Of a DNA stretch of 64,000 bases, positions 22,990 to 35,470 are shown piece by piece. The first letter of the stretch is position 1. Every line of letters begins with the position of its first letter. The DNA comes from Rhizodiscina lignyota (Eukaryota): contig ML978137.1 in assembly GCA_010015805.1 (NCBI GenBank), positions 496,001 to 560,000 on the forward strand, written 5' to 3'. Below the pieces are notes generated by a model. It did no database searches and was not told the DNA's origin. It worked only from the letters and a program-made list of their open reading frames with translations. Position numbers and translations under genes: made by a program.

Positions 22990-25900
22990 TCTGCGTGGAG
23001 GTGGTCTGCGTGGAGGTGGAAGGCGACGACCTGCTCGGCCTCTGAGGCTTTGAGCTTGCAGAATTCTTTGGGCGATATATTGGGGGTTTTCACTGTGCAA
23101 AATTAGTTCGTTCAGTTGTTCGGCCGGGTCGGAATTGATTCGCGAAGAGAGCCGGTTGCTCAGTTAGACTAACAATAATCGACCCTCCATTCACCTTATT
23201 GGGCGTTACTGGAGGAGAAGAGAGGAGACGATGAGAGGGACGTGGAAAGTGAGAAGTGGACAGCTTTAAACGTCGAAAGCGTTGTTGCCTGCTGGAGAAT
23301 AGTTCAACGCATTAGAAAGATGGCTGTGCGGTGGATGAAATAGGTAAGTGATGTCTCTGAAAGTTGGACGATCTTAAATCCGTGCAAAGTCCAAGTGCAA
23401 GGCTGAAGGCTGAGCGTTCGCAGGCAGAATGAAGCTGTTGCCTGCCTGCCTGCCTCGACGATGTGAATAATCCTACGCTAAGTAGTACTTCCCCGCAGTA
23501 GTGACTCAGGGAAATGGCAGCTTCAAGAGCGCAACATATGCCATGTGTTTGTAACTCGCCGGTCAAAGTAAGGCAGCAAATGTGAGTGAGGCTCAGAGCT
23601 TCCGGTGAGTTCGCTCGACTCGTGGGACACCGCCGACCAGGATCTGTGCAGTAGCTTCACAGGTTGCAACACGCAAGGTGGCGAGAACATTCTCTTTGTA
23701 CAGCAGTGTGTGCGAGGTGGTGCTTGCAAAGTGATTGCTTCAATTCGAAACCTAGGACAACGGTACCTAATCAAAATCATGTTGATTCTCACGAAGTATG
23801 AGAAGTGGAGTCGCAAGTGGGAGTGGGGTGCCGGATCTAGGGTACGATACCCGAATTGGTATACTCTATCAGAGAGCATCAGATACGCAGGTTCTCCTAC
23901 ATAGATAGATGGACTGGACTGATTGACAGCCTCTACACTTCGTCGTCTTTGATATATCTCCCAGGAGCCATTTACCCTAAGCGGGCCGCTACTCCTTCTG
24001 ACATAATCGCCATCTACAGACATAGGTAGCTTCCGCATCGTACATTGGCGAGATGGTAAACGGGCGCTAGTTAGCAGCCGATGCAGGTACATATCCAGCA
24101 CACGATAGAGCAATGTATCTAAAGAGGCAGGAGGTTCTTGCGGAGCTGTCGCCTCGCTTCGCCACGCTCAGATGTATCCGATGAGACCCTCAACGTTCTT
24201 TTCCGGGGCAGTGGCGGCGAGTTGAATATGAACTGATTAGAAAGCACTACCTCATACATTGAACCGATGTAGTTAGCAGCGTTAGTACTTTCAGCAAGAG
24301 CTCATCCTGCGGCGGTTATATCCTCGCAGGATATTAGAATAGAGTAATAATCAAGGGTGCAACGTCAGCGGATATCCAATAGTTATCACTAGTAGCGGAT
24401 CAGCTCTTTGCTACGAAGGACTAATAAGGCGGCTACATGCGGATGATGGTGAGAGCTGTTCGAGCAACTGCGGACGAGAGACAAGTGCTGAAAAGATCCT
24501 TGGGAGTATCATCACGCAACCCTCACCATATCCTCGTCGTTCTTGCCGCGTTCTGCGCCTCCGACGGAGGTGGAGCAGAACGTGCAAGCATCGCGAAGGA
24601 AGGGAACAGAGGAGGACACGAGACTAGGAGAGATGGAGTACGACTATAATCAGCAGAGCGAATGGCATTGCTCTTATGCTGCTGCGAGGCGACGGTCAAT
24701 ACTTCTGGGCTTATTGAAGGTTACCACGTTTGAGACCCCTGGGGTGCATCCATGACGGTCACTTGCAGAATGCAGAATCAAGGGTCTCCACAACCTCGTC
24801 AAGCGCCATAGAGCCCATGGAAGCCGGGCATCCGCCTCATCTTCCTTGGGGAATCCAAAGCCACCGAGTCTGGGGGTGTGTAGAGAAAGGTAGCCGAAGA
24901 TGCTGCGACTCCAGTCATTTCAGCTCTATGACAGTTGCTCTTTGTCAACGAGATCTGAGCAGATTTCGGAGGCGGCCTCTCAGCATCTCATGCGGGTTGC
25001 ACAAAGGGCAGAAGCACCAATGTCGCGCTGGAGGTTTATCTGGCCCGCGGACATGGCATTTAAACCTGTCGGCAGCAACGATATGGCATTTGCTGGCGAT
25101 GAAACGCTCGCCGGAGGGCCCCAGTGGCTCGAAATGCAAAATTCGGGGCTTAACATCAGTGGGACCGGCAGAGCAGCAGGGAAAGTGTATGGCTGAGGTG
25201 ATCAGGTCCAGGGTGCGTCGCGCTGTAGGGCGCCGTTAGATACATCGTCAGCGCGGGAGATGGTGCAATAGGATTGCTCTTTCTGCAATGGATTCCGCCG
25301 GTGGAAGCTTAGAACATGTGAAGAAGCAATGCGGAAACAGGCTCCCTCATCCTCCCGCCGTCCTGACTCGTCTGGCCATTCGCCCAGGCCGGAGCACGTC
25401 TTATCGTCGGCGCGACCGAGGCGGCTCGCGACGGCGCGTCTGGATGAAGTGCGACTTCGAGGTGGTAGCGGCTCCAAGGCGCGCTGCAGCGACTCGGAGG
25501 GCGTTTCGGTCAGAGATTCAGGACAGAGTTGCATGCTTCTTATGCATGACAAAGGCATGATGAACAGCGCGGTGCAGGCGGCCGGGGTGCTGCGCGACTT
25601 CAGCTGGACATCGCGCCCGCAACGTCGACACTTTTGCATGGCGACGCTTGATTGCTTCTTTCGGAGCCCGTACCTCACACAGTGCCTCTCACGACTGAGC
25701 CGGGCCGCTCAGCCTTGGCCCGCGGAGGGCAGCGAGTGGATGGGTAAAGGGTACAGGCGCGAATTCGATGCCCGCGGCCAGTGGCAGAGACAGCACGGCG
25801 AAGGCATCCTGGGCGAAATCCCACGCGTCAGGTCACCCAAGCACACAAGCTTCCGCAATGGAACGCCAATGGAACACGCTGACCTGCCTCTGACCGCCGC

Positions 25901-26106
25901 TTGCTGTGCGCGCGAGCCCACGTAACTCGAGAAAAAGTTTGCCCAAAAAAAGTCGCGCGCTTTGATCCGACGTGCTGCTTTTCGATCCAAGCTCGCTCGC
26001 CAGTCGAAAAAACACCACCATTACTGTGCTGCCTAGTGTGCCACGCCTTTTCAACCCTCCGGCGTCCGCATCTTTCTGCCTCTCTTTCCTCCCTTTCCTC
26101 TTCGAC

Positions 26107-26970
26107 ATGTCTGGCACACCCGTCGAGAGCAGCACCCTTCACGCCGATAGCACCGCCCACTCCACCCTCCCTCCCACGAAGCCGTCCACGAGCGGCCACG
26201 CGCCCGCTGGAAAGCCTGACCCTACGACCAACGTCCAAGATGGCGCCAAAGGAGGACTCTCCGCCTCCGCCGCCTCCGGCTCCTCCGTACGTCCGCCCAG
26301 TGTTGTTGGCTCACCCCGATGGCCGCCATCGCGAGCATTTGGAGTCTCAGTAATTGACACCATTTCAATTGCAGGAACTCGCCAGTCTTAAAGTAGGACT
26401 GAGGTCCGCTGTCCGCCAATTCCCAGACTTCCCTTCGCCCGGCATTCTCTTCGAAGATATCATGCCCATTTTCGCCGACCCGAAACTCCACGAATCTCTC
26501 ATCCGCGCCCTCGAACTGCACGTGCGCCAGACCTACGAGCGAATACCAGACGTCATTGTGGGCTTGGACGCCCGGGGATTTCTGTTTGGCCCAAGTCTGG
26601 CGTTGCGAGTCGGAGCCAGCTTCGTACCAGTCAGAAAGAAGGGCAAACTTCCAGGGCCGTGCCAGACGGAAAGCTACGAGAAAGAATACGGCCAGGATTT
26701 CTTCCAGATGCAGTCAGATGGAGTGAAACCTGGCCAAACCGTGCTGGTAGTGGACGACCTTATCGCAACAGGTAAGGAGTCACGTTCGACCACGTAGTCT
26801 GGTCCGAGGTCACTAACAAGTTTGCAGGTGGATCTGCTGCAGCTGCTGGAGGATTGGTGAAGAAACTTGGCGGCACTCTACTCGGCTACATCTTCATCCT
26901 CGAACTGGATTTCCTCAAAGGACGTGCAAAGCTTGATGCACCCGTTTATACCCTTCTTTCAAGTCAATAG
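26107..26970 (+). CDS. APT1: Adenine phosphoribosyltransferase
   Basis: Motifs PDFPSPGILFEDIMP, GLDARGFLFG, RKKGKLPG, YEKEYG and VVDDLIATGGS (PRPP binding). Introns are 26287-26374 and 26772-26827. Confidence 0.95.
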
Positions 26971-27868
26971 GCGCCTACATCGAATTTCATATCCCCCACC
27001 ACCCAATTCAACCACAATCACATTACGATCCGAACTCGATCCGCATGCGAGCATTTTACTTTTGGCATCATTTGGCTTCTATAGACTGGCTAGGCAACTG
27101 GGCGGAACTTCTCTTTTCTGGTAACACGCGAGCTGGCGCCGTCTGAATGGGTGGAAAAAGTGCTCGTATTTTCTCGGTGATTTCATCCCACGATACGCAA
27201 CAAGCAAGCTCCGGCCCACGGATCTTTTTCCGAAATTTTCGGATGGAAGCACGCGCCTTTCCTCTCTAAATACGAACCTGCGAAAGCAATGAGTCACGAC
27301 AGATCCAATACGCAAAGAGAAGAAAAAGGTCTCGCTGGCCTCCGTAATTAATACGTCCCTTAGTCCTTTTGTTTTTAAGACTTTGCATGATTACATAATA
27401 ATATTACGATATCCAATAGTTGCACAGTCCGACTACTCTGAGACAATGCGATAAGATGAGCATGCAGTATGGCGCTCCACGGAGCAAGATTCAAGAGGTG
27501 GTGTATAGCGAACCCTTGCTTGATCGATCAGATTAGCCAGGGCTCCGTACTGCTGTGGGCACTTATAGGCTTCAACTCAAAGCCGTCTAAACCGAACAGC
27601 CCACAAGTATTGAGCAGACTCCAATGGATCGTAAGACTGCTCAATGTATAGGCCTGTCTGCGCCAGAAGCGAGGCTAGTTTCGACGCGACACGTCCTTCA
27701 ATTTCCATATGAGTGCTGTGCCATCTGCAATTCCCTGACGACATTGAGCGCACGACGGACCCCCACTTCGCCGCCTCACCTGCAGAAAATTACCCCGCCA
27801 CAACATCTGAAGACGGCGATTTCCCTTACTCCACTGTTTACATACGTGCTCTTCGTCCCATCTTCTGA

Positions 27869-28668
27869 ATGCTACGCACGACAAGGCCCACGTTTCAATT
27901 GCGTGCATATTCCTGTCCGAACCCACGTCGTCTACATCGTCCTTTAATCTTCTGCGCTGGCAGCTACTTCAGTCGGTCAGTGACACCGCAAGTCGGCTCC
28001 TATCGGATTTCTGCTCGCACCATGTCGGATATGAAGAAGATCTATACGGCCAATGCCTTCCCTCGTGAGTCCAAATCTGCGATTGATGGGTTCATGGTAC
28101 TAACACAGTGTTACAGCTGCTGGACCATATGTACGTGGCAAGACATCAATGCACTGTATCAAACCTTGTACCATATCGATATCCATGCATGGCACCTTAG
28201 TCTTGCATCCACCTACTTCATAGTTGACCTTTGCAACAACCACTCTTCCGCCTGTTGAGACTTTGACCCTAACATTCATCCTTTAGACCCAAGCAATAGC
28301 AGCTGGGGCCCACATCTTCGTCTCCGGCCAAATCCCCGCCGACAAGTCGGGGAACCTCGTCGAAGGCAGCATTGGCGACAAGACCGAGCAATGCTGCCGT
28401 AACATCATTGCCATCCTCGAAGAGGCGGGCAGCAGCATCGAGAAGGTCGTTAAGGTGTGCACTTGACCGCCTCAATCCTTCAGAGTTCCCGATGCGCTGA
28501 CTAACGTGGTGGCAGACCACCGTCTTCCTTGACGACATGGCAAACTTCAACGACATGAACGCGCGGTATGAGAAGTTCTTCTCGCACAAGCCAGCAAGGA
28601 GCTGTGTGGCGGTGAAGCAGCTGCCGAAGGGAGTACCAGTCGAGATTGAGTGCATTGCCTTGGCTTAA
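27869..28668 (+). CDS. RidA/YjgF/YER057c enamine deaminase (Mmf1/Hmf1-like)
   Basis: Spliced product reads AFPPAGPYTQA...FVSGQIP...TTVFL...F.DMNARY...KPARSCVAVKQLPKGVPVEIECIA. Introns are 28065-28116, 28131-28286 and 28455-28515, with a 14-nt exon at 28117-28130. A second ATG is at 28022. Confidence 0.93.
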
Positions 28669-28904
28669 CTGAGAATACAAGCATCGAACTGCTTCTCATT
28701 GTGCGCTGCATAAGGACATTTCGAAGTGACATCATCAGCATTGCATCAAGGACGACTTGTGTAGCTAAAAGTCTTCAAGAAAAAGTACAACGTATTACAT
28801 CATGACAATTCACGCCCAGTGCCGATCCGGAGAGGCTTTCGAGATATCATTTTGAAACTAGAAATAGACGTCCAGAATATGACTGAGAAAAAGACATGGA
28901 TGCA

Positions 28905-29955
28905 TTAAATTTTGTAGTCCTTCAACTCTTCCTCTGTCCATTCCCACAGCTCTTTCTGTAACTGCTCGCTCTTCGACCACTTCGTCGGCTTCCCCACCTC
29001 ACCCGGCTTCTCAAAGTACTCTCCCCCTATGACATTCTCCTTCTTCCCCACTGCCGCCCATGTCTGATTCACTGCACCCTGTTCAGGTGTCAGCCATGGA
29101 TAGCCATTCATCCAGCCCGACACTTTCATAAACATCACCTCAGCCTTACCCAAGCCGAGATTCATACCCGTGCCCACAATGCCAGGGTGGACGGCTACAG
29201 TCTTTACGCTCGGGTGCTGCTCATTCAGTTTTCTCGTGAGCAATATAGTGGCCAGTTTGCTCTGGCCGTATTTCAAATACTGCTACATGCGCTCTGTCAT
29301 GAGACGCGGCGGCGGCATACTCGTCTTTACTGACTTGAAGTCAATTCCATCTGACACGGTGAACCGGAACCCGGCGCTGGAGACAAGCACGCATCGCACC
29401 TCCGCTTCAACACCGCTTCGTTGCGCTGTCTGGAGCATGATTGGCATCAGATATTTAATGAGAAGCGCGTGGCTCATGTAGTTTACACCCCAGCGGACTT
29501 CGTAGCCGTCTGCAGTCTGTCCATCAGGCGCGCCGTGGACTCCGGCATTGCAGATGAGAATGTCGAGCCTGTTGCTCTCACTTTCGGGTTGCGCGGAGGA
29601 CTGCATGATGAAGGACTTTGCTGCCGCCTGGACGGAGGAGAGAGATTCAAGGTCACACTCCAAGAATGAAAGCTTTGTTGACGTGCTTGGGAAAAGCTCG
29701 CGCAGGGAAGCGATGGCTGCTTCATGTTTTGAGCGATTTCGACCCGCGAAGTAGATATGCGCGGGACTACCACGCAGAAGGTTCTTAACGGTTTCGAAGC
29801 CGATTCCTGTGCTAGCTGTTCCGTTTGTTAGGAAACTCGTAAAAGAATTAAGAATGAACTGGTGAATGTGTACCTCCGGTAATCATGATGACTTTCCCTG
29901 TGAGTGACGGAACATCTTTTGTTGTATCGAAGGAGATTTTCTTTGATTGGGACAT
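28905..29955 (-). pseudogene. Short-chain dehydrogenase/reductase (retinol dehydrogenase-like) with one in-frame TAG; pseudogene or recoded gene
   Basis: TGASTGIG (after intron 29816-29873), LICNAGV, VSSAG, YGQSK and VHPGIV are all in one frame, interrupted only by TAG at 29283-29285. Confidence 0.6.
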
Positions 29956-30694
29956 GATGCCGGAAAGCAGGAGACTTGAGAGGTCACAATTGAAGTAGGA
30001 TTAAAGAGCTGAGCAGTATCATCATAGAGCTTATTATGAGAGAGATCATGAAAAGTAAAGATCGTCCAATTACACACTGCGTCTTTTGTAGCAAGAAACA
30101 GAAACCAGCATGCACAATCACATTCGAGGTCGGGAATGGACGAGTCAAGGTTGTGATTCTAGACGGACATTTGGCGGACGAATATGGGATTGGCCCGCGA
30201 CGATGGAACCAAGCCGCGTAGCTCGCTGGAGCCTTCCTGGCCAGGCACAAAGACATCTAAACAGAGCGAAAGTGAGCCACAATTATTGGTCAAGAACAAA
30301 GAATGTTGCAATTGGCAGTGGAGGCCGACGGATTGAAGATTGTGCCGCTAGATCCCGCTCGACTGAAGGAAGACATTAGAGTACCCATCTGAAGATTAAG
30401 TCTCCATTTTAGCAGAAGTGGATATTTTAGTCTACAGTTAGCAAAATGATTCTCTAAGGTAGTTTCGTGTCGGTTCATGAAGGTGTCGTCAGTCATCCAA
30501 CCTTCGAAAGGAAAAGTGGAGCGGCGCATCTAAGAAATCCTTGGCAGAGGAGCGGAGCGGAAATATCCTATGCGAACGCACTCTTGGCATCAACATGAAC
30601 CTTAAGCTTGATTCGAACTTCAAGTCTGGAGCAAACTCCACCTCAACACGAAGCCTTTCAATTTTCCTCTCGTGTCACCTACCTGCCTCTCACC

Positions 30695-31199
30695 ATGGCA
30701 GATACAGAAATGGAAGTTGACAGCGCACCGCCATCCGGCACACGCGGTAGTGAAGCGCGCACTGCTACCGGCGCGGTTGCGGTTCGCAGTATCGAAGGCT
30801 GGATCATTATTGCCACCAATGTGCACGAGGAAGCAAGCGAAGAGGACCTCCAGGACCTATTTGGTGAATTTGGCGAGATCAAGAACATACACCTAAACCT
30901 CGACCGAAGAACGGGTTACGTGAAGGTATTTCAGCCTGACAGACCCCGCTAGAAGTGGATTTAATTAAGAATTGCTTTCGCAGGGCTACGTTCTCATTGA
31001 ATACCCGACACTCGACGAAGCGAAGGCTGCAATTGCGGGCGCGAACAACACGAAGCTTCTCGATCAAACGATATCTGTTGACTACGCGTTCGTTCGACCT
31101 GCACCATCGGGGCCTGGCAAGGGACAGCCGAAGGGAGGTCGTGGAGGCGGCAGGGCGCGTGGCAGGAGTCGCAGCCCGTCAGACATGAAAGACGACTGA
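30695..31199 (+). CDS. RBM8A: Exon junction complex RNA-binding protein Y14 / RBM8A
   Basis: [15 protein letters not shown]...[19 protein letters not shown]...VDYAFV, followed by an RG/RS tail. Intron is 30926-30983. Confidence 0.95.
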
Positions 31200-31820
31200 G
31201 CCGGCATTGCATGCGAGAAACCTGCGGGGGATGATGTTGTTCTCAAACTCCAACCTTCAAGAGGGCTATGAATGAAGCGGCACAAAGCGTCACTGTGGTG
31301 TTAGAAGCGGCGTCAGAGGCGATAACGGAGCACGGGACAATGATACCAATACCAAAAGCGTGCTGACCTGCTATGCGCAGGTCGGCGTTGATCTCTCAAT
31401 GTGGTATGTTTAATCGCGATCACATCGAACGTTTCGACGCTTACCAGAGCCCAAGGGATACATTTGCAAGTGATTTAATGACCCGCGCATCAACGAAAGA
31501 ATCCACCATAGTAAATGTCCATTCAGCCGCCCCTTCAGCAGGACATTTGTCTGGCTTTAGGCCTCACTATGGAAGGCCATCATGTAGACAGAGTCCCAAT
31601 CAAACTCGCTGTCGACGCCGAGTCAGATCAAAGCGAATTATCAAGTCAGTAATTTCTCTTTGCAATTTGGGATCTTTGGTTAAGCCAGTAAGTGGTTTTA
31701 CATTTACTATTGAGACGACGCCAACGAATTGAGTCATGTTCATTTATCGTAATAACCTTTGCGCATCTTGGCCGCGAGCGTGATTCTCTCTGCGACAATT
31801 TTCATTGGTAGCCTGGTAGG

Positions 31821-31893
31821 TATTTTCAACGTTGGTGTCATTTTCCTATATTTTCAACGTGATCAACGACCGCCCTCCTCCAGACTATATAAA
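31821..31893 (+). promoter_or_regulatory. Candidate promoter: 12-bp direct repeat plus TATA box upstream of the Q/P/Y-rich ORF
   Basis: TATTTTCAACGT occurs at 31821-31832 and 31849-31860. TATATAAA is at 31886-31893, about 95 nt before ATG 31986. Confidence 0.45.
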
Positions 31894-31985
31894 GACCCCT
31901 CGTCAGATTAATCTACTTTCCACTCCTCTACTCAACTATTCTGAACCTACTACATATCAAACTCAATCCAAGAAAAGAACGAACC

Positions 31986-32948
31986 ATGTCTCCGCTGTAT
32001 CCAATGCATCAGAGCCAAGCGCAACAATCTCAGCCATATCGACTCAGTTCAGGACCAGAGATTAATACGTTCGGAATGGCTTACACGCCAGTCCAAGGGC
32101 AGCAACATTATCAGCCATACAACAGCTCAAGACCAGGGAGTTTCGCGATGCATGGAATGCATCAACTGCCTGGACAGCAATATTACCAGCAGCCCTTCAC
32201 TTCAACAGCGGCGAGTACAATGCTCCCGTTGCAGGGACCGTTTCAAACACAAGGGCAGCTGTACTGGCAGTCATACAACGGCCCAAGGCCAGAGGGTACC
32301 CTTTATGGTACGCATCATCAACCGCACTACACTCCAAGTGTCGCGAATACTTGGTATGGTGTGTTTCAAAACCAAGGGCAACAGCATCGTCAACCATATG
32401 CCTTAGGATTTACCGACTATGTACGCCACGAGCCTACTCCGTCGGTTCAGTATCAAGGACATTACCATCATCAGGCGGCCGTGCCCGGATTTGCCGACTA
32501 TGTGCGCCAAGAGCGTGCTCCGGCCGCCCGACCAATCCCCACCACCTCGACGCCCGCACAGCAGGCCCAAGTCGCGCGTGCAATGCCGTCGCTGGCCGCG
32601 CCGCCAGTCTGTAGGCCCTCGAGGCCCGCACGGCAGGCCCAAGAACCCGCGCTTGCAATGCCGCCACCGCCGACACCACAGATACCACCACCGTCACCGG
32701 CACCGGTGTCCGCAGCCGCCGACGATGACGATGAGGAAGTGGTGGTGGTGAAGGAGGAGGAGGAAGAGGACCCTTACGGCCCGCCGCCGCCTGGATATAT
32801 TTCGGCAATCGAGGCGGAAAAACAGCGAACCGACCATTTTTATGAGATCGAGCAAATCAATGAGAGAATGCGCGCCTACCAAAGGGGGGATCCGGGATAT
32901 GAGGACTTGCCGGGGTGGAGGGTGAGTAGAGGGATGGGACCAAATTGA
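31986..32948 (+). CDS. Hypothetical Gln/Tyr/Pro-rich low-complexity protein with internal repeats
   Basis: Single-exon 320-aa ORF with good ATG context and an upstream TATA. It has repeated QGQQHYQPY-like and GFxDYVRxE units. Confidence 0.65.
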   Translation: MSPLYPMHQSQAQQSQPYRLSSGPEINTFGMAYTPVQGQQHYQPYNSSRPGSFAMHGMHQLPGQQYYQQPFTSTAASTMLPLQGPFQTQGQLYWQSYNGPRPEGTLYGTHHQPHYTPSVANTWYGVFQNQGQQHRQPYALGFTDYVRHEPTPSVQYQGHYHHQAAVPGFADYVRQERAPAARPIPTTSTPAQQAQVARAMPSLAAPPVCRPSRPARQAQEPALAMPPPPTPQIPPPSPAPVSAAADDDDEEVVVVKEEEEEDPYGPPPPGYISAIEAEKQRTDHFYEIEQINERMRAYQRGDPGYEDLPGWRVSRGMGPN

Positions 32949-33693
32949 TTGCCGAGTCATTTTTGTTGTTGATAGCCCTCGATCAAAGCCTTTTCATCAC
33001 ATTGAGCCTGTGTCTAGACGAACTGAAGCACGATCTACCTTTGCAGGCCGGAAGTTGATGCGAACTGTTGCCGTGTCATTATTTAGCGCCGCGATCTGCA
33101 CCTTGAATGGATCAGGACAACTCCTGCAGAGGTTGTGATACGTACACCTCAACAACAACAATTTACAATCATCAACTACCCTTTCTCTGAGTCTCTGATT
33201 ACTATAGAATAACAAGTGATAGCCACGATTCAGCGCAATCGATGCCTTCTATCGGAGAAACTTCCCTTTCGTTCCATTCATCCGTGGAGAGCCATGATAA
33301 TTTCACCGCATAAAGTTCCGCAAGCGGCCTCATACCCCCTTAACGTTGAATAATCAAGGATGCCTTAAGGCTTTTCACCATTGTTCTGCAATTATCACGC
33401 CAGGGAAATCGGCTATTGCGTTATGTATTCGTCTTCTCTCGGAGTCTCGGACCATCCCTCGTCTCATTCAGTGTTTGACTTCCGCATTCCAAGTTCTCAA
33501 TATATGCACTTCTCAGTTGACGTAACCTCGGTCTTTCAAGCTGGATGTTAGTTACGCACGAGAGAACCTGCTCGTTGAGTAATCTCGAGGATGTTCACAT
33601 CATCTTGCCAGAGCATTAGGAGGATATAAGGTCGAAGGAGAATTATTGTGGGGACTCCATCAGGAAGAAGCAGATTCGTTCATATCAAGTAGT

Positions 33694-34745
33694 ATGGCAG
33701 GGGTCAAATCATTTGTTAATGCTAGAGTGGTTGTACTTGGAGGCACTGGAGACCAAGGCCGCTCCGTTGTGAAAGGTATGTCGACATAGAGCTGTTTATG
33801 CGAACAGTGGAAGCTGAGATATGACTAGCCCTTGCAAAATCCAATGAGTTCAGAGTCTCCGTCTTGACTCGGGATCCCAATTCCGCCAAAGCTCAAGCTC
33901 TTGTCTCTGAATTCCCAAACGTCAAACTCCTGGAAGGATCGTACACCACCGAAGCAGGGCTTCGTACCGCTTTCGCTGACCAAGACGTAACCTACTTCAA
34001 CATCGATACCTTCACTGTTGGAGAGGGATTGGAGTACTTCTGGACATTCCGAGCGTACGAGATTGCGATACAGAGCGGGTTAAAGTGGTTTATTTATCCC
34101 GGTTCGCCACATCGATTCGAGGACTATGGATTTGCTGAAAAGCACCGCAACAGCCACAACGTAGTCGCATCGCGACTGTCCGATTGGCTCGCAACACAGC
34201 CTGTGGAACAGTTGCCATGGACCATCACATACGGTGGGATTTATGTGGAGATGCTGAGCAGGTTGTTGCGACCTCATAAAGAGGGCGATAAAGTCGTATT
34301 CAAGGCTCCGATGGACAATGATTCAGTGGTGCCGCTTATCCCACTAGACGCCTACGGGGAGCATATCAAATGGGCACTTCGGCATCCGAACGAAAGCATC
34401 GGAAAGCGCCTTTCGGCCGGACCGTACGAGGTCACGTATCCACAAATCGCCGATGCATTTCAGAAGGCCAGCGGCAAGAAAGCAGAATTCGCTAGTGTCA
34501 GCATCGACGATTGGATGACGAGCATCTCTCCTTTCGTTGACGTGGAGAAAAATTTCCCTCGCGGGGCCCCGGACAGTGACCCTACGACGTTCAAATTCCG
34601 CAAGTCTTTTACTGGTTGGTGGAACATGTGGAGAGACAACAGAAAGGACCCACTTAATGAAGACACGAGATGGGCAGAGGAGGACTATCCTTCAAGGCCG
34701 AACACTTTGCAGGATTGGATGATGCAAACGAAGTACTCTGTATGA
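33694..34745 (+). CDS. NmrA-like NAD(P)-binding Rossmann-fold protein
   Basis: VVVLGGTGDQGRSVVK|ALA...VSVLTRDPNS. Intron is 33776-33828. Confidence 0.88.
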
Positions 34746-35470
34746 TCCAACGGATTCTACCCAGTGGTCTTTGAAAAGGCCATCATGTTAAAGAATCATC
34801 CCAGAACAAAAAATAGTCAACATTGATGAATGAAAGAAGAGAGCAATCTCGTGTCACTCAAGTACAGATGCCAGTACGATATTGCCTGACTCGTGTCGTT
34901 ACTCTACTAGTTAGCCTTTTGGAAAGGGGTTACAAATTTCTCCACTCCGTACGGCGATGCTCAACGAGAGTATGATATATTCACATATGAGCCCATGATC
35001 CCCAATTGCCGATTCCTGCTAGACAATTTGTCTCCGGATGTTGGAAGCACACTGGTGAAACGCAGTGATCGAGGAAAGAAGCTGTTTCTGGCCCCTTTGA
35101 AAGAGTAGGTCTATCCTTTCCAGACTACTGATCCTCAGCAGTTGAAGGCAATGTCGGCGCTGTTTGCGGACAAGCCTTCAGTTATTCTTACCATAGTTTG
35201 AAGTTCTGAGCGCTCTTTCTAGTGCAGATATAATGAAGAGAATCTAGAATCCGTTTTCATTGCTGCTGAAATTCTTAGCCGGCCTAATAGATGGGTTCTA
35301 ATAAAGAGTATGCCCAACGTTACGCACACGAAGATCTAAGCTCTGTCAGTTGATGCAGGTGGCAATGAGTATTGCGAAAAGAAGTGGATAACAGTGAATT
35401 CTGTTCCCAAGACAACATTGCTTCGAGAGCAAGTACACCATATGATACAGAGCTTTGTAATGTAGGTATT

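Noticed and set aside
34940..35200. Protein-like frame with an internal stop (STPYGDAQREYD...LKE*VYPF...), a possible gene relic
   Set aside because: No start, splice structure or family motif that I can recognise.
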